A DNA stretch of 51,620 nucleotides from the NCBI GenBank assembly GCA_046498285.1, contig JAWOBA010000053.1, positions 1 through 51,620 on the forward strand, given 5' to 3'. This DNA is from Desulfatiglandales bacterium (lineage in GTDB: Bacteria > Desulfobacterota > DSM-4660 > Desulfatiglandales > B25-G16). Below the pieces are notes generated by a model, which worked only from the letters and a program-made list of their open reading frames with translations, made no database searches and had not been told where the DNA came from. This document shows positions 37,311 through 46,605 of this stretch, piece by piece (position 1 is the first letter of the stretch; each line of letters begins with the position of its first letter). The position numbers were made by a program, and so were the translations under genes.

Positions 37311-38792
37311 TTATTTGTAGTCTAAAATAGTAAATGTGAAGCTACCAATTATTCCTATTATTTGGATCTGTTTTTCTATACCACCCTCTATAAGTTTGAT
37401 ATGGGTAGCGTCCACAGGCATTTGCCTTAAGGTTGCATCCATGGAAATCCACCTATCTATGTAGGCCTCATTCCATGCATGGTAATAAAATTTTCCATCT
37501 TTGTAAACCAGACCTACGACGATTCTGGCTGGAATTCCAACAGCCCTCAATAGAGCTGTCAAAATAGTGGCATGCTCATTACAATCCCCTTTTTTGTGAG
37601 AAAGAATTTCCCTTGCATCAGGTATGGAAACTGTTGGGACCCTCTCTAAATTTTCAAAAACCCATCCCATGATCATCTGAGCTACTAGAAAAGGATCAAT
37701 CGTTTCCTTAATTATTTGTTTGGCTACACTGACTATCTCTTGATCACCAGATTGAATTAACATCTCCGGCCTTAGAAAATGTAATAAGCTTTTTTTCTTA
37801 CCCCTATAAGGAACTGTATATGAGGCCTTAAATGGAGGGGTTTCTTTTGTTACTGTAAGCACATTGCCAGTTAGAGCTTGCCTTTGTTGTCCATTAACAG
37901 ATAGGAAGGGAGGGATCTGATCAAGAGAAAGCTCTAGATATGATAATTTTCTGGGGTTTTGTAGTTTTTGTGCTATTGTTATGGCTGATAATTCGTAAAA
38001 ATCAATCTCCTTCAACTTATCTAATCCTAATGGTGCCTCGACAGGAGTAGATTTGATGAGAGTAAACCCCATAAAACCATTTTCCTTTAAGGGTCTGCCT
38101 TTTTCATCAACCCAAAAAACGAGAGGCTGTCCTAAAAAGTTCGTTTCCAACCGGAATGCCTTATATGGTTTACCAGCGATCTCTATAACTTCTTTTGATA
38201 CTATTTTGACAACCGCAGGATTAGTTGTCATAGTAGCTGGATCAAAGATTGGAAAACGATAAGAGTCACCTATCTTGAATTTGCAAGACTTAAAAAACTC
38301 CGTCATACCTGCACTAATCATGGGCTTTGATGGCAATCTAATTACTGCAGACTTCTTTTTCCCCTCTTCACCACTTGAGAGGTAAAGATCGTTCCCCTTT
38401 ACCATGCCTGATATTTTAACCTTGATAAGCCCGGAGGAAAGTAAAAAATCAAAACTGTTCAAAAGAAATGCTTCGTCCACCTCTGCCTTTGTAGAAATCC
38501 AAATATCTTGCATTGAACCCATCAGATTAACGGTAAGAAAAATGTTTTCATTAACCTCAAATGTATTCTTAATCTTTTTCACCCTGGTAACTGTATACCC
38601 AACCTTACGTTCTTTTAAAAAAATTGCTTTCCATGTTTCTGAATAGTTTTCTGCAAGGACTTTCTTTTCAATATGTGTAACGTCCGTACCTTCCTGTACA
38701 ATATTTGTCCGCCTTACCAATTCTTCAATGGCAACCAGCCAAAAAAGAACAATCAGAATTCCTGATATCTTATAAATAAGGGATCGTTTCAT
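37311..38792 (-). CDS. Membrane-anchored transglutaminase-like domain protein
   Basis: 493 aa. N-terminal TM (ISGILIVLFWLVAIEELV) and a C-terminal transglutaminase core GDCNEHATILTALLRAVGIPAR...YHAWNEAY...DAT (Cys-His-Asp). Confidence 0.78.
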   Translation of the reverse strand: MKRSLIYKISGILIVLFWLVAIEELVRRTNIVQEGTDVTHIEKKVLAENYSETWKAIFLKERKVGYTVTRVKKIKNTFEVNENIFLTVNLMGSMQDIWISTKAEVDEAFLLNSFDFLLSSGLIKVKISGMVKGNDLYLSSGEEGKKKSAVIRLPSKPMISAGMTEFFKSCKFKIGDSYRFPIFDPATMTTNPAVVKIVSKEVIEIAGKPYKAFRLETNFLGQPLVFWVDEKGRPLKENGFMGFTLIKSTPVEAPLGLDKLKEIDFYELSAITIAQKLQNPRKLSYLELSLDQIPPFLSVNGQQRQALTGNVLTVTKETPPFKASYTVPYRGKKKSLLHFLRPEMLIQSGDQEIVSVAKQIIKETIDPFLVAQMIMGWVFENLERVPTVSIPDAREILSHKKGDCNEHATILTALLRAVGIPARIVVGLVYKDGKFYYHAWNEAYIDRWISMDATLRQMPVDATHIKLIEGGIEKQIQIIGIIGSFTFTILDYK

Positions 38793-38860
38793 TGCTGGAT
38801 TTATTATGTTAATTTGTTTTAGGAAGTGGTTAAGAATGATTAGGGAGTGATGAGATTAAC

Positions 38861-39508
38861 TCACAGGATCTTATTGATAAGTTCTAGAGAATTGCCGAGC
38901 ATTTCCTCAAAGGCATTTTTTCCCAGACCAGTCCCTTGAGCTACCATTTGAGCAAATTGGCGGGTCATAAGATCATGAGGGGAATGGGCATCCGAATTTA
39001 AAACAAGTTTTGCTCCACATTCTTTTGCCAATTTGGCTACATATCCATTTGTAAGGCAATGGCCATGGCGAGCCGATATTTCGAGATACACACCTTTTTC
39101 AGCAGCCATCTTAATGTCTTCAAGAGTAACAAAACCAGGATGGGCTAAAATATCAACACCAGAAAGAATAGCTGCCCTATTGGTGCCCTTAGCTACAGGC
39201 TCTACAATAGTCTCTCCATGAACTATCACTATCTTTGCGCCTAATTCTCTAGCCTGACCAACCATCGCTCCAATTGACTCCGGATGTACATGGGTAATCT
39301 CAACACCGGGAATCACCTTAACAGATTGTCTTTGGTTTAAATCTCTTGCTACCTTCGCCAGCCTGGTGATCACAAAATCAAGGTTCGATACATCAACATG
39401 ATCGGTTATTGCAACACAGGAATAATCCATATCCTCTAAACGCCTTACAAGTTCGGAGGGAATTAATTCACCGTCACTGAATAGAGAATGGGTATGGAGA
39501 TCTATCAT
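38861..39508 (-). CDS. PHP-domain phosphoesterase (histidinol phosphatase-like)
   Basis: 215 aa. IDLHTHSLFSDGE at the N-terminus, plus ITDHVD, VIVHGE and NSDAHSP motifs. Confidence 0.78.
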   Translation of the reverse strand: MIDLHTHSLFSDGELIPSELVRRLEDMDYSCVAITDHVDVSNLDFVITRLAKVARDLNQRQSVKVIPGVEITHVHPESIGAMVGQARELGAKIVIVHGETIVEPVAKGTNRAAILSGVDILAHPGFVTLEDIKMAAEKGVYLEISARHGHCLTNGYVAKLAKECGAKLVLNSDAHSPHDLMTRQFAQMVAQGTGLGKNAFEEMLGNSLELINKIL

Positions 39509-39628
39509 GAATTAAAGGGTAATGAATTATTGTGATTGGCAATGAGCTGTGATTTGATGGCGCATATTCCTTACTTAGGTATTGTAATTATAGGTTTGCC
39601 GGTAAAATGAGCTCTACGTTCACAGAAT

Positions 39629-40132
39629 TTACATCTTGTATTTTCCAAAATCCTCTGGCTTGAGATTTTCGAGTATATCCTGCCACTTTTTTCCTTGTTC
39701 ACTTTTATCTACAGGCACACTTTCTCTGGTCTCCTCAATCTGCTTAGATTTCTCTAAAACCTCATCCGCAACAAATATAGGTGCTTCAGCTCTCAGGGCC
39801 AGGGCAATAGCGTCACTCGGACGAGAATCTATTGACAAAGTCTTGCCATTCCTTGTTAGATGAATAATAGCATAATAGGTATTATCTTTGAGGTCGCAGA
39901 TCTCTATTTTATTGATCGTGATCTCCATTTTATCTATAATATCCTTCAGAAGGTCATGGGTCATGGGTCTTGAAAATTTGACTCCCTCTATTTCACTAGC
40001 AATGGCCGTTGCCTCGAGCAAACCTATCCAAATAGGCAATGTCTGTTCCCCATCAACTTCTTTCAAGATAATTATCGGACTATTAGTTACTGGGTCCATA
40101 TTTAAAGATGATATGGTCATCGCTTTAAGCAT
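39629..40132 (-). CDS. Bifunctional nuclease (BFN/DUF151) family protein
   Basis: 167 aa. LPIWIGLLEATAIA, RPMTHDLL and IDSRPSDAIALALR motifs typical of the BFN domain. Confidence 0.72.
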   Translation of the reverse strand: MLKAMTISSLNMDPVTNSPIIILKEVDGEQTLPIWIGLLEATAIASEIEGVKFSRPMTHDLLKDIIDKMEITINKIEICDLKDNTYYAIIHLTRNGKTLSIDSRPSDAIALALRAEAPIFVADEVLEKSKQIEETRESVPVDKSEQGKKWQDILENLKPEDFGKYKM

Positions 40133-40300
40133 AGCAATTACTCCTCTACAATATTTTTACTTACATTCTCCACAACTTCTACTTATCCCAAACAACTAGT
40201 AATTGTCAAGATAACTTTATGGAATACTTAAATAAGACCTTTTATTCAAAAATATCCCATTTCTTTCGTAAAAGAATGTATGATGTTTATTACTGCCTGA

Positions 40301-40651
40301 TCAAGCGCCTTTTTTAGAGTCTTTCGTAGGTTTTTTAAATGGCAGTATCTTTCTTGCATTCTTAGATGGGTGTTTCCCCATAGCTGTCTTTTCACTATCT
40401 TCAGAATTTCCCCCTGCAGGGAGCGGATTTACAGCCTCTATTCTTACTTCATTTCCTTCCATTGTAAATGGTACACCATTTATATATTCTTCTCTCAATG
40501 TCCACGTAACTTGCCTCAGAGGCATAGTTAAAATCAAAAGCTCCACCATATACCAATCTTTCTTACTATCAGGTGCAATGGAGTCAATTCTGGCAAAGAA
40601 TGTCGGCTGTTCCCTAAAAAAAATCTCTACAACATCACCTACATGAACCAT
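40301..40651 (-). CDS. Hypothetical protein
   Basis: The ORF is open to 40711. A plausible start is MVHVGDVVEIFF at 40651. Basic C-terminal tail. No recognisable motif. Confidence 0.4.
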   Translation of the reverse strand: MVHVGDVVEIFFREQPTFFARIDSIAPDSKKDWYMVELLILTMPLRQVTWTLREEYINGVPFTMEGNEVRIEAVNPLPAGGNSEDSEKTAMGKHPSKNARKILPFKKPTKDSKKGA

Positions 40652-40813
40652 AATCTTCTCTTTCCAGGTAATTCTTGTTTTACCCACCCAATAATAGACA
40701 TAATAATACATTTTACTTCAAGTAGCAATTCGGTTTACGAATAGATATCCTTTACAATTAAAAAATCTACAGTTATGTTTTACATTATAATTTCTTTATA
40801 AGGAATAGAAACA

Positions 40814-42166
40814 ATGAAGGCAAATTATGATGTTATTATTATTGGGGCTGGACCAGCAGGCATTTTCGTTTCCCTGACACTCGCTGAAATGGGCATAGAC
40901 AGGGTCCTGCTTATAGAACAGGGAAAAGAAATTGCTAAGAGAGACAGGCAATCAGGAAGCGATCTCCTTTGCGGATGGGGTGGGGCAGGTGCCTTCAGTG
41001 ATGGAAAATTAAACCTATCAACAGAGGTTGGTGGATTTTTGAATGAGCTTGTACCTATCAAAAAATTGGAAACACTTTTGCAAGAAGCAGATAAAATCTA
41101 TCTGACCTGCGGGGCACCTAAAAAGATTTTTGGCGCTAATTTAGGTGAGATAGAAACCCTTTCTGCCAATGCACAAAGGTTTGGGTTAAATTTTGTCCCC
41201 ACTTTGATACGGCACATGGGCACAGACAACTGTGTATCTGTTTTAACAAAGATGCGCCAAGGCCTTATCGATAAGATTTCTATCAAAACTGAATGTAGAG
41301 TGGAAGAGATCTTAGCTGATAAAAATAGGGTAACCGGTGTTAGATTAACAGACGGCCAGATAATACACAGCCGCTTTGTAGTAGCTGCACCTGGCAGAAT
41401 AGGGGCAGGATGGATGAAATCCCAAACTGAGCTATTGCATTTATCCTCTCTTCATAGCCCAGTAGACATAGGATTACGGGTAGAGGCGCCTGCGCCTATT
41501 ATTGAGCCTCTCACAAAAGAGGTATATGAGGCCAAGCTGATTTATTATTCAAAGACATTCGATGACAAGGTAAGGACTTTCTGTATGAATCCGTATGGTG
41601 AAGTCGTGCTTGAACAGTCTGATGACATTATTACAGTTAATGGCCATAGTTACACCAACAAGAAATCAAATAACACAAACTTTGCCATCCTTGTAAGCAG
41701 CACATTTACAGAACCCTTCCGTGATCCAATTAAATATGGCAAGTATATCGCCTCTCTTGCTAATATGCTCGGAAAGGGGGTCATAATTCAGAGGCTTGGT
41801 GATTTTCTTGAAGGCCGGAGATCTACAGAAGATAAGATTTTCAAATGCATGACAAAGCCGACACTCAATCAAGCCACTCCTGGCGACTTGAGCTTTGTTC
41901 TTCCATATCGATATCTAAAAGATATTGTTGAGATGCTCGAGATATTGGATAACCTGGCACCGGGTATTTTTTCAAAGCACACACTCCTTTATGGAATTGA
42001 AGTAAAATTTTATTCTCACCGAATAAAATTAACCAACCATCTTGAATCCGAATTAACCAACCTTTTCATCGCTGGAGATGGTGCAGGAATCACCAGGGGA
42101 CTAATCCAGGCCTCGGTGAGTGGAATAATAGCAGGAAAAGAAATTGCCAGGAGAATAAAAAAATAA
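40814..42166 (+). CDS. FAD/NAD(P)-binding oxidoreductase (uncharacterised FAD-dependent dehydrogenase family)
   Basis: 450 aa. N-terminal dinucleotide-binding motif DVIIIGAGPAGIF and a C-terminal GDGAGITRG. Confidence 0.8.
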   Translation: MKANYDVIIIGAGPAGIFVSLTLAEMGIDRVLLIEQGKEIAKRDRQSGSDLLCGWGGAGAFSDGKLNLSTEVGGFLNELVPIKKLETLLQEADKIYLTCGAPKKIFGANLGEIETLSANAQRFGLNFVPTLIRHMGTDNCVSVLTKMRQGLIDKISIKTECRVEEILADKNRVTGVRLTDGQIIHSRFVVAAPGRIGAGWMKSQTELLHLSSLHSPVDIGLRVEAPAPIIEPLTKEVYEAKLIYYSKTFDDKVRTFCMNPYGEVVLEQSDDIITVNGHSYTNKKSNNTNFAILVSSTFTEPFRDPIKYGKYIASLANMLGKGVIIQRLGDFLEGRRSTEDKIFKCMTKPTLNQATPGDLSFVLPYRYLKDIVEMLEILDNLAPGIFSKHTLLYGIEVKFYSHRIKLTNHLESELTNLFIAGDGAGITRGLIQASVSGIIAGKEIARRIKK

Positions 42167-42245
42167 CGGAGCAAAACACAGAATTACGTTCAATGCTATA
42201 GTCGGTAAATTCAAGTTGCAAGTGAATTAATAAAGGGGGATTGAA

Positions 42246-42947
42246 TTGGAAAAAGAGATGCTTTACCAGCTTGATAAAAATGGCATTATTAAAGCACTTC
42301 CAGATAATCTTTCTGAGCAAAATATACAGAGAATTAAAAAATTTGGTGCCTTTATGTTTTTATATGATTTTATCCAAGATCATTTCGTTCGGCCTCGACT
42401 TCATAAGGCCGACCCACAACGACACCAGGAAATCTTGAAAAATCTCATTTCATCGGTAAAAAATTCCCGAGTGCTTGACATCGCCTGCGGAACAGGAAGT
42501 GCAATACCTTACTTCGATAGTAGTAATGAATATACCGGTCTTGATCTCTCGTACCCTATGCTTAAGCAGGCGGTAAAAAGGATGAAGAAAAAATCATTTC
42601 AAAAAACCATATTTATTCAGGGAACTGCAGAAGCACTTCTTTTTGACGATGAATCTTTTGAGTTTATTTTAATGGATACAGCCCTGCATATGATACCAAA
42701 TTATCAGCTGGCCATTACAGAAACAGCGAGGGTGCTGACAAAACGTGGTATGTTTGTATGCAGTGCTCCTGTCACTGGAATCAGTAAAGAATTTGATACT
42801 ACATGGGAGAAGATTTCAGATAAGCGAAATCTTCATTCTCTTACGCAAAAAAACATAGGTGAGGTCTGTTCTCTTAATGATTTAACCTATCGTCCTATTG
42901 ACACTAATGGTGGTGTCCTTTATTTTCAAGCACAGAAAACCACGTAG
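42246..42947 (+). CDS. Class I SAM-dependent methyltransferase
   Basis: 233 aa. Motif I VLDIACGTGS, post-I GLDLS, Methyltransf_11-like spacing. Confidence 0.8.
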   Translation: MEKEMLYQLDKNGIIKALPDNLSEQNIQRIKKFGAFMFLYDFIQDHFVRPRLHKADPQRHQEILKNLISSVKNSRVLDIACGTGSAIPYFDSSNEYTGLDLSYPMLKQAVKRMKKKSFQKTIFIQGTAEALLFDDESFEFILMDTALHMIPNYQLAITETARVLTKRGMFVCSAPVTGISKEFDTTWEKISDKRNLHSLTQKNIGEVCSLNDLTYRPIDTNGGVLYFQAQKTT

Positions 42948-43186
42948 CACAGGCATGTGATGCCTATGGACATAAAAACGAAGCATACTCGGACAAACAT
43001 TGTAGTTATAGATGAAGTTGAAAATGACAATTGAGCCATTGGCTTAGAACCTGTTGCGGTCAGAAGCTTCTGGCCCTTCCGAAAGGCCGCTGGCCTTTCG
43101 AGGCCGATTTGCCGGGCCATTCAGCATAGTCATCATTCTATATCTATTATAAAAATCAGATTGTATCTCTTTCAATAGGCTAATCC

Positions 43187-43846
43187 ATGGAGCAAGATAG
43201 AGATGGTATAACATTATCGAAGATCCTTCAGTTTGCTGACTTGCGCGATAAAGAGGTTCTTGAGATAGGATGTGGAGATGGACGAATCACATCACAGCTT
43301 GTTGAAAAAACAAAAAGACTGGTCGCAATTGATCCGGACGCAGAGAACATTGCTGAGGCGAAAGAAAACATGAGTGGTGTTGATTTACGTATCGGGTATG
43401 GGGAGTGTTTGGAATTCCCAAGTGAGTCTTTTGATGTAATTTTGTTTACTCTCTCACTTCATCATCAGGACTGCAGAGTAGCCCTGAGAGAAGCAAAAAG
43501 GGTCCTCAGGCATCATGGACGGATAATAATCTTAGAGCCAGTAAATGATGGAGAAATTGAACAGGTATGTAACTTCTTTCAAGATGAAACTCAAATGCTT
43601 CAGGAGGCTCTTCATGCAATCGAGGCATGTGATTTGCAGCTTGAGCGATCAGAGGTGTTTTACACCCATTGGAAATTCGAAAACAAACATGAGCTATATG
43701 AGTGGTTTTTCACTTATTACAAAAAGCCCTTTGAAAATAATATTATTGAGATGATAAGGAAACTCCTAGGTAGCAAATTGATCCATTCCCCAATCATATT
43801 ACCGGACAAAATTATGGTTGTCTCTCTTCGAAAGCATATTGCCTAA
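43187..43846 (+). CDS. Class I SAM-dependent methyltransferase
   Basis: 219 aa. Motif I VLEIGCGDGR, followed by AIDPD and FDVILFTLSLHH. Confidence 0.8.
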   Translation: MEQDRDGITLSKILQFADLRDKEVLEIGCGDGRITSQLVEKTKRLVAIDPDAENIAEAKENMSGVDLRIGYGECLEFPSESFDVILFTLSLHHQDCRVALREAKRVLRHHGRIIILEPVNDGEIEQVCNFFQDETQMLQEALHAIEACDLQLERSEVFYTHWKFENKHELYEWFFTYYKKPFENNIIEMIRKLLGSKLIHSPIILPDKIMVVSLRKHIA

Positions 43847-44531
43847 TGCTAAAAATATCACTTTTTCTTTACTTGCACAAGATTCGATGCCCCTCTCATT
43901 ATGAATACAGGCTATTAGAGTTTTGTAAAACCTGATAATCTTTGTCACCCCAAATGAAAAATACACCCTTATTAAAGGAATATGAGTTATAAAGCTCTCG
44001 TAATGTGATTGGCGACAACCGGTCGCTGGATGGTGATGGAAGGCGAGTGGAAGGCATTGGATTCAAAAATGGGATATGTACGCTTCGAGCTTACCACATT
44101 ATAGATATTGTATTTTATTGCAACACAATCCATGACAGTATTAACGAAATCTCACCGTGGATGTAATGGTGTCAGGGTGCCTGTTTCGTGCGATGACAAA
44201 AATTGTCATGTTTTTCAAAACTTGCTATATTACAGTTAAGCCTTCCAAGCTGTCATTAAGGGTTTCTCTGCTATCACAGATTCAAAAGACGGGTTTTTCA
44301 TAGGGGCCTTGGACTGAGCAATAATAACCATAGGGATACATGTATGAATCTTATATAATGGATGAAAAAAACGGGCATATGTGTAGCAGAGAAAAGCGAT
44401 GCATTGGATGAAGGAATTTTGAGCAAACGAATCATTGTCCATGGTACTGTTTCTGACCCGTACTAATAAAATCGCCCCAAAACGATTGAACCCTTGTTCA
44501 ACGCTTACAATTGATAAGAATTATGCAGGGA

Positions 44532-45917
44532 TCATTTACCCACACAAAATTTACTAAAGATATTAGTCAATATTTCTTCATTTATTTTATTTCCTGTTAT
44601 TTCATCTATAGCATTCTTGGCCCAAACAAGATCTGCTGCTACCATTTCCAATGGAAAACCATTTTTTAAGTTGGTCGATGCTTTTTTTGCAAACATAGAG
44701 GCATTCGTTAATGTGGTTTTATGTCTTAAATTAGGCGCAATAAGTGTTGAAGAAGGCTCAATGTTTTTATGAACGACCGTGTTAAAAATGATCCTTTTGA
44801 GTTTATTAAATCCTTCTCCTGTGAGTGCTGAAATAGTGACGGTAGGAAAGCCTTGGAATACCTGATTAATCTTTTTTTCACTTAATTTTGCGTGAAGGTC
44901 GTTTTTGTTTATGATCACTATAGTAGAAGTTTTATCCACTTGTTGTAAGAGGCTTAAATCATATTTATTTAATGGCCTGCTTTGGTCAATCACCAAAAGC
45001 GTTAAATCAGCTAGGGCAAGCTGAGCATTTGTTAAATCTAAACCCTTTTTTTCAATTTCCCCTTTAACCTTTCGCATACCTGCTGTATCTACCAGTTTTA
45101 AAGGAAGACCTTTGACGGTAACCATATATTCAAGAATATCTCGTGTTGTTCCAGGTATGGGTGTAACGATTGCCTTATCTTCCTGCAAAAACTGATTTAA
45201 GATACTCGATTTACCAGCGTTAACCCGCCCGACTATTACTGCAGTAATCCCTTCATGCCATATCTTTCTTTGGGGATAAGCTTCTATGAGTTGGTTGATT
45301 GGCCCTAAAATCACTTTATTGAGGCGATCTGCTATCTGCGATCTCATGAGTTGAGGCACTTCTTCGTCAGGAAAATCTATTGAAAACTCTATTTCTGTAA
45401 GGATATCAATAAGGGCATGTCTAATTTCATTAATTCTTGTTTTTAATCTGCCAACAAGCTGGCTCGCTGCCAACCTCATTGACATATCACCTTTCGCATT
45501 TACTAAGTCTACAATTGCTTCAGCCTGAGTCAAATCAATTCTTCCATTCAGGAAGGCCCTCAGGGTAAATTCCCCAGGTTTAGCCAATCTAGCACCATTG
45601 TGAAGAATTATCTGGAGTATATGTGATAGAATGGTATAGCCACTATGGGAATTAACCTCTATCACATCTTCTCGGGTATAAGAGAAGGGGGCATGCATTG
45701 AGGATAGAAGGACTTCATCAACAGGAAGGTTTGATTTTGGGTCGATAATATGTCCTAAGTACAGACGAAAACTGTCAAATGATTTGATGGGAAATTTTGA
45801 TCGAAAGATTTTTCCTGCAATACTTTCAGCATCACCCCCACTAATCCTAATTATTCCTATGCCACCTACCCCTATTGGAGTGGCAATGGCAGCGATAGTC
45901 TCTTCGTTATAATTCAT
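44532..45917 (-). CDS. mnmE: tRNA uridine-5-carboxymethylaminomethyl modification GTPase MnmE
   Basis: 461 aa. N-terminal TIAAIATP, G1 GRVNAGKSS, DTAG, NKND, and the C-terminal FCVGK tetrapeptide. Confidence 0.92.
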   Translation of the reverse strand: MNYNEETIAAIATPIGVGGIGIIRISGGDAESIAGKIFRSKFPIKSFDSFRLYLGHIIDPKSNLPVDEVLLSSMHAPFSYTREDVIEVNSHSGYTILSHILQIILHNGARLAKPGEFTLRAFLNGRIDLTQAEAIVDLVNAKGDMSMRLAASQLVGRLKTRINEIRHALIDILTEIEFSIDFPDEEVPQLMRSQIADRLNKVILGPINQLIEAYPQRKIWHEGITAVIVGRVNAGKSSILNQFLQEDKAIVTPIPGTTRDILEYMVTVKGLPLKLVDTAGMRKVKGEIEKKGLDLTNAQLALADLTLLVIDQSRPLNKYDLSLLQQVDKTSTIVIINKNDLHAKLSEKKINQVFQGFPTVTISALTGEGFNKLKRIIFNTVVHKNIEPSSTLIAPNLRHKTTLTNASMFAKKASTNLKNGFPLEMVAADLVWAKNAIDEITGNKINEEILTNIFSKFCVGK

Positions 45918-45938
45918 AATAGAAAAAGTAATGCAGGG

Positions 45939-46604
45939 CTAACTATTCTGTTCTTTATCAATCTTCTTTTTTTTGGGGATAATAAAGATACTCTTAAAGA
46001 AACCTTCACCATCGCTTCTTGTCTGAAGCTGGTAATCTCCTCTAAGAGCAAGATGAACTACTCTTCTGTCGTGTGGGCTCATTGGGTCTATGGTAACGGT
46101 TTTTTGTATCTCTTTAGCCTTTTCGCCCATTTTTAATGCCAATCCTCTTAAGAATTCCTCTCTTCTTTGCCTGTAATTCTCTGCATCAACAGTTACCCTT
46201 ACCTTTTTTTCGGATGCCTTGTTTACTGCCTTATTGATAATAAATTCCAAGGCCTCCAGAGTTTTACCTTTAGGGCCTATCAAAATTCCGGGATTATTCC
46301 CTTCAATATTTAAAACAATGTCATCAGCTTTTTTCTCGGCAGTGACCTTTGTATCTGGGGATATTGATGAAATTATTTTTGTTAGTATTTGTTGGGCAAG
46401 CACTATATTAGTATTCTCTTTTGGGGTTACCCTGATTTTAGCCTTCTTGTTGCCTGTTAAACCGAAAATTCCGACGGATCTAGTTTCCAATATCTCGATA
46501 TCAAGCTCCTCCTCACATACATTAAAATGTTCACAGGCCTTTTTAATAGCTTCTTGTGTTGTTTTAGCTTCTATTTCTATAGATGACATAAATTTCCTCC
46601 TCAA
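45939..46604 (-). CDS. jag: Jag-family RNA-binding protein (KH plus R3H domains)
   Basis: 221 aa. Jag_N-like start SSIEIEAKTTQEAIKKA, KH (ILIGPKGKTLEALEF), R3H (MSPHDRRVVHLAL). Immediately downstream of yidC. Confidence 0.85.
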   Translation of the reverse strand: MRRKFMSSIEIEAKTTQEAIKKACEHFNVCEEELDIEILETRSVGIFGLTGNKKAKIRVTPKENTNIVLAQQILTKIISSISPDTKVTAEKKADDIVLNIEGNNPGILIGPKGKTLEALEFIINKAVNKASEKKVRVTVDAENYRQRREEFLRGLALKMGEKAKEIQKTVTIDPMSPHDRRVVHLALRGDYQLQTRSDGEGFFKSIFIIPKKKKIDKEQNS

Positions 46605-46605
46605 A

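Noticed and set aside
43847-44531. The 685-bp gap upstream of mnmE's 3' side, checked for housekeeping RNAs (RNase P RNA, SRP RNA, tmRNA, 6S) or a riboswitch.
   Set aside because: None of the conserved signature strings I know, such as GAGGAAAGUCC of RNase P RNA, are present. Only a short GGCGAC/GTCGC hairpin was seen.
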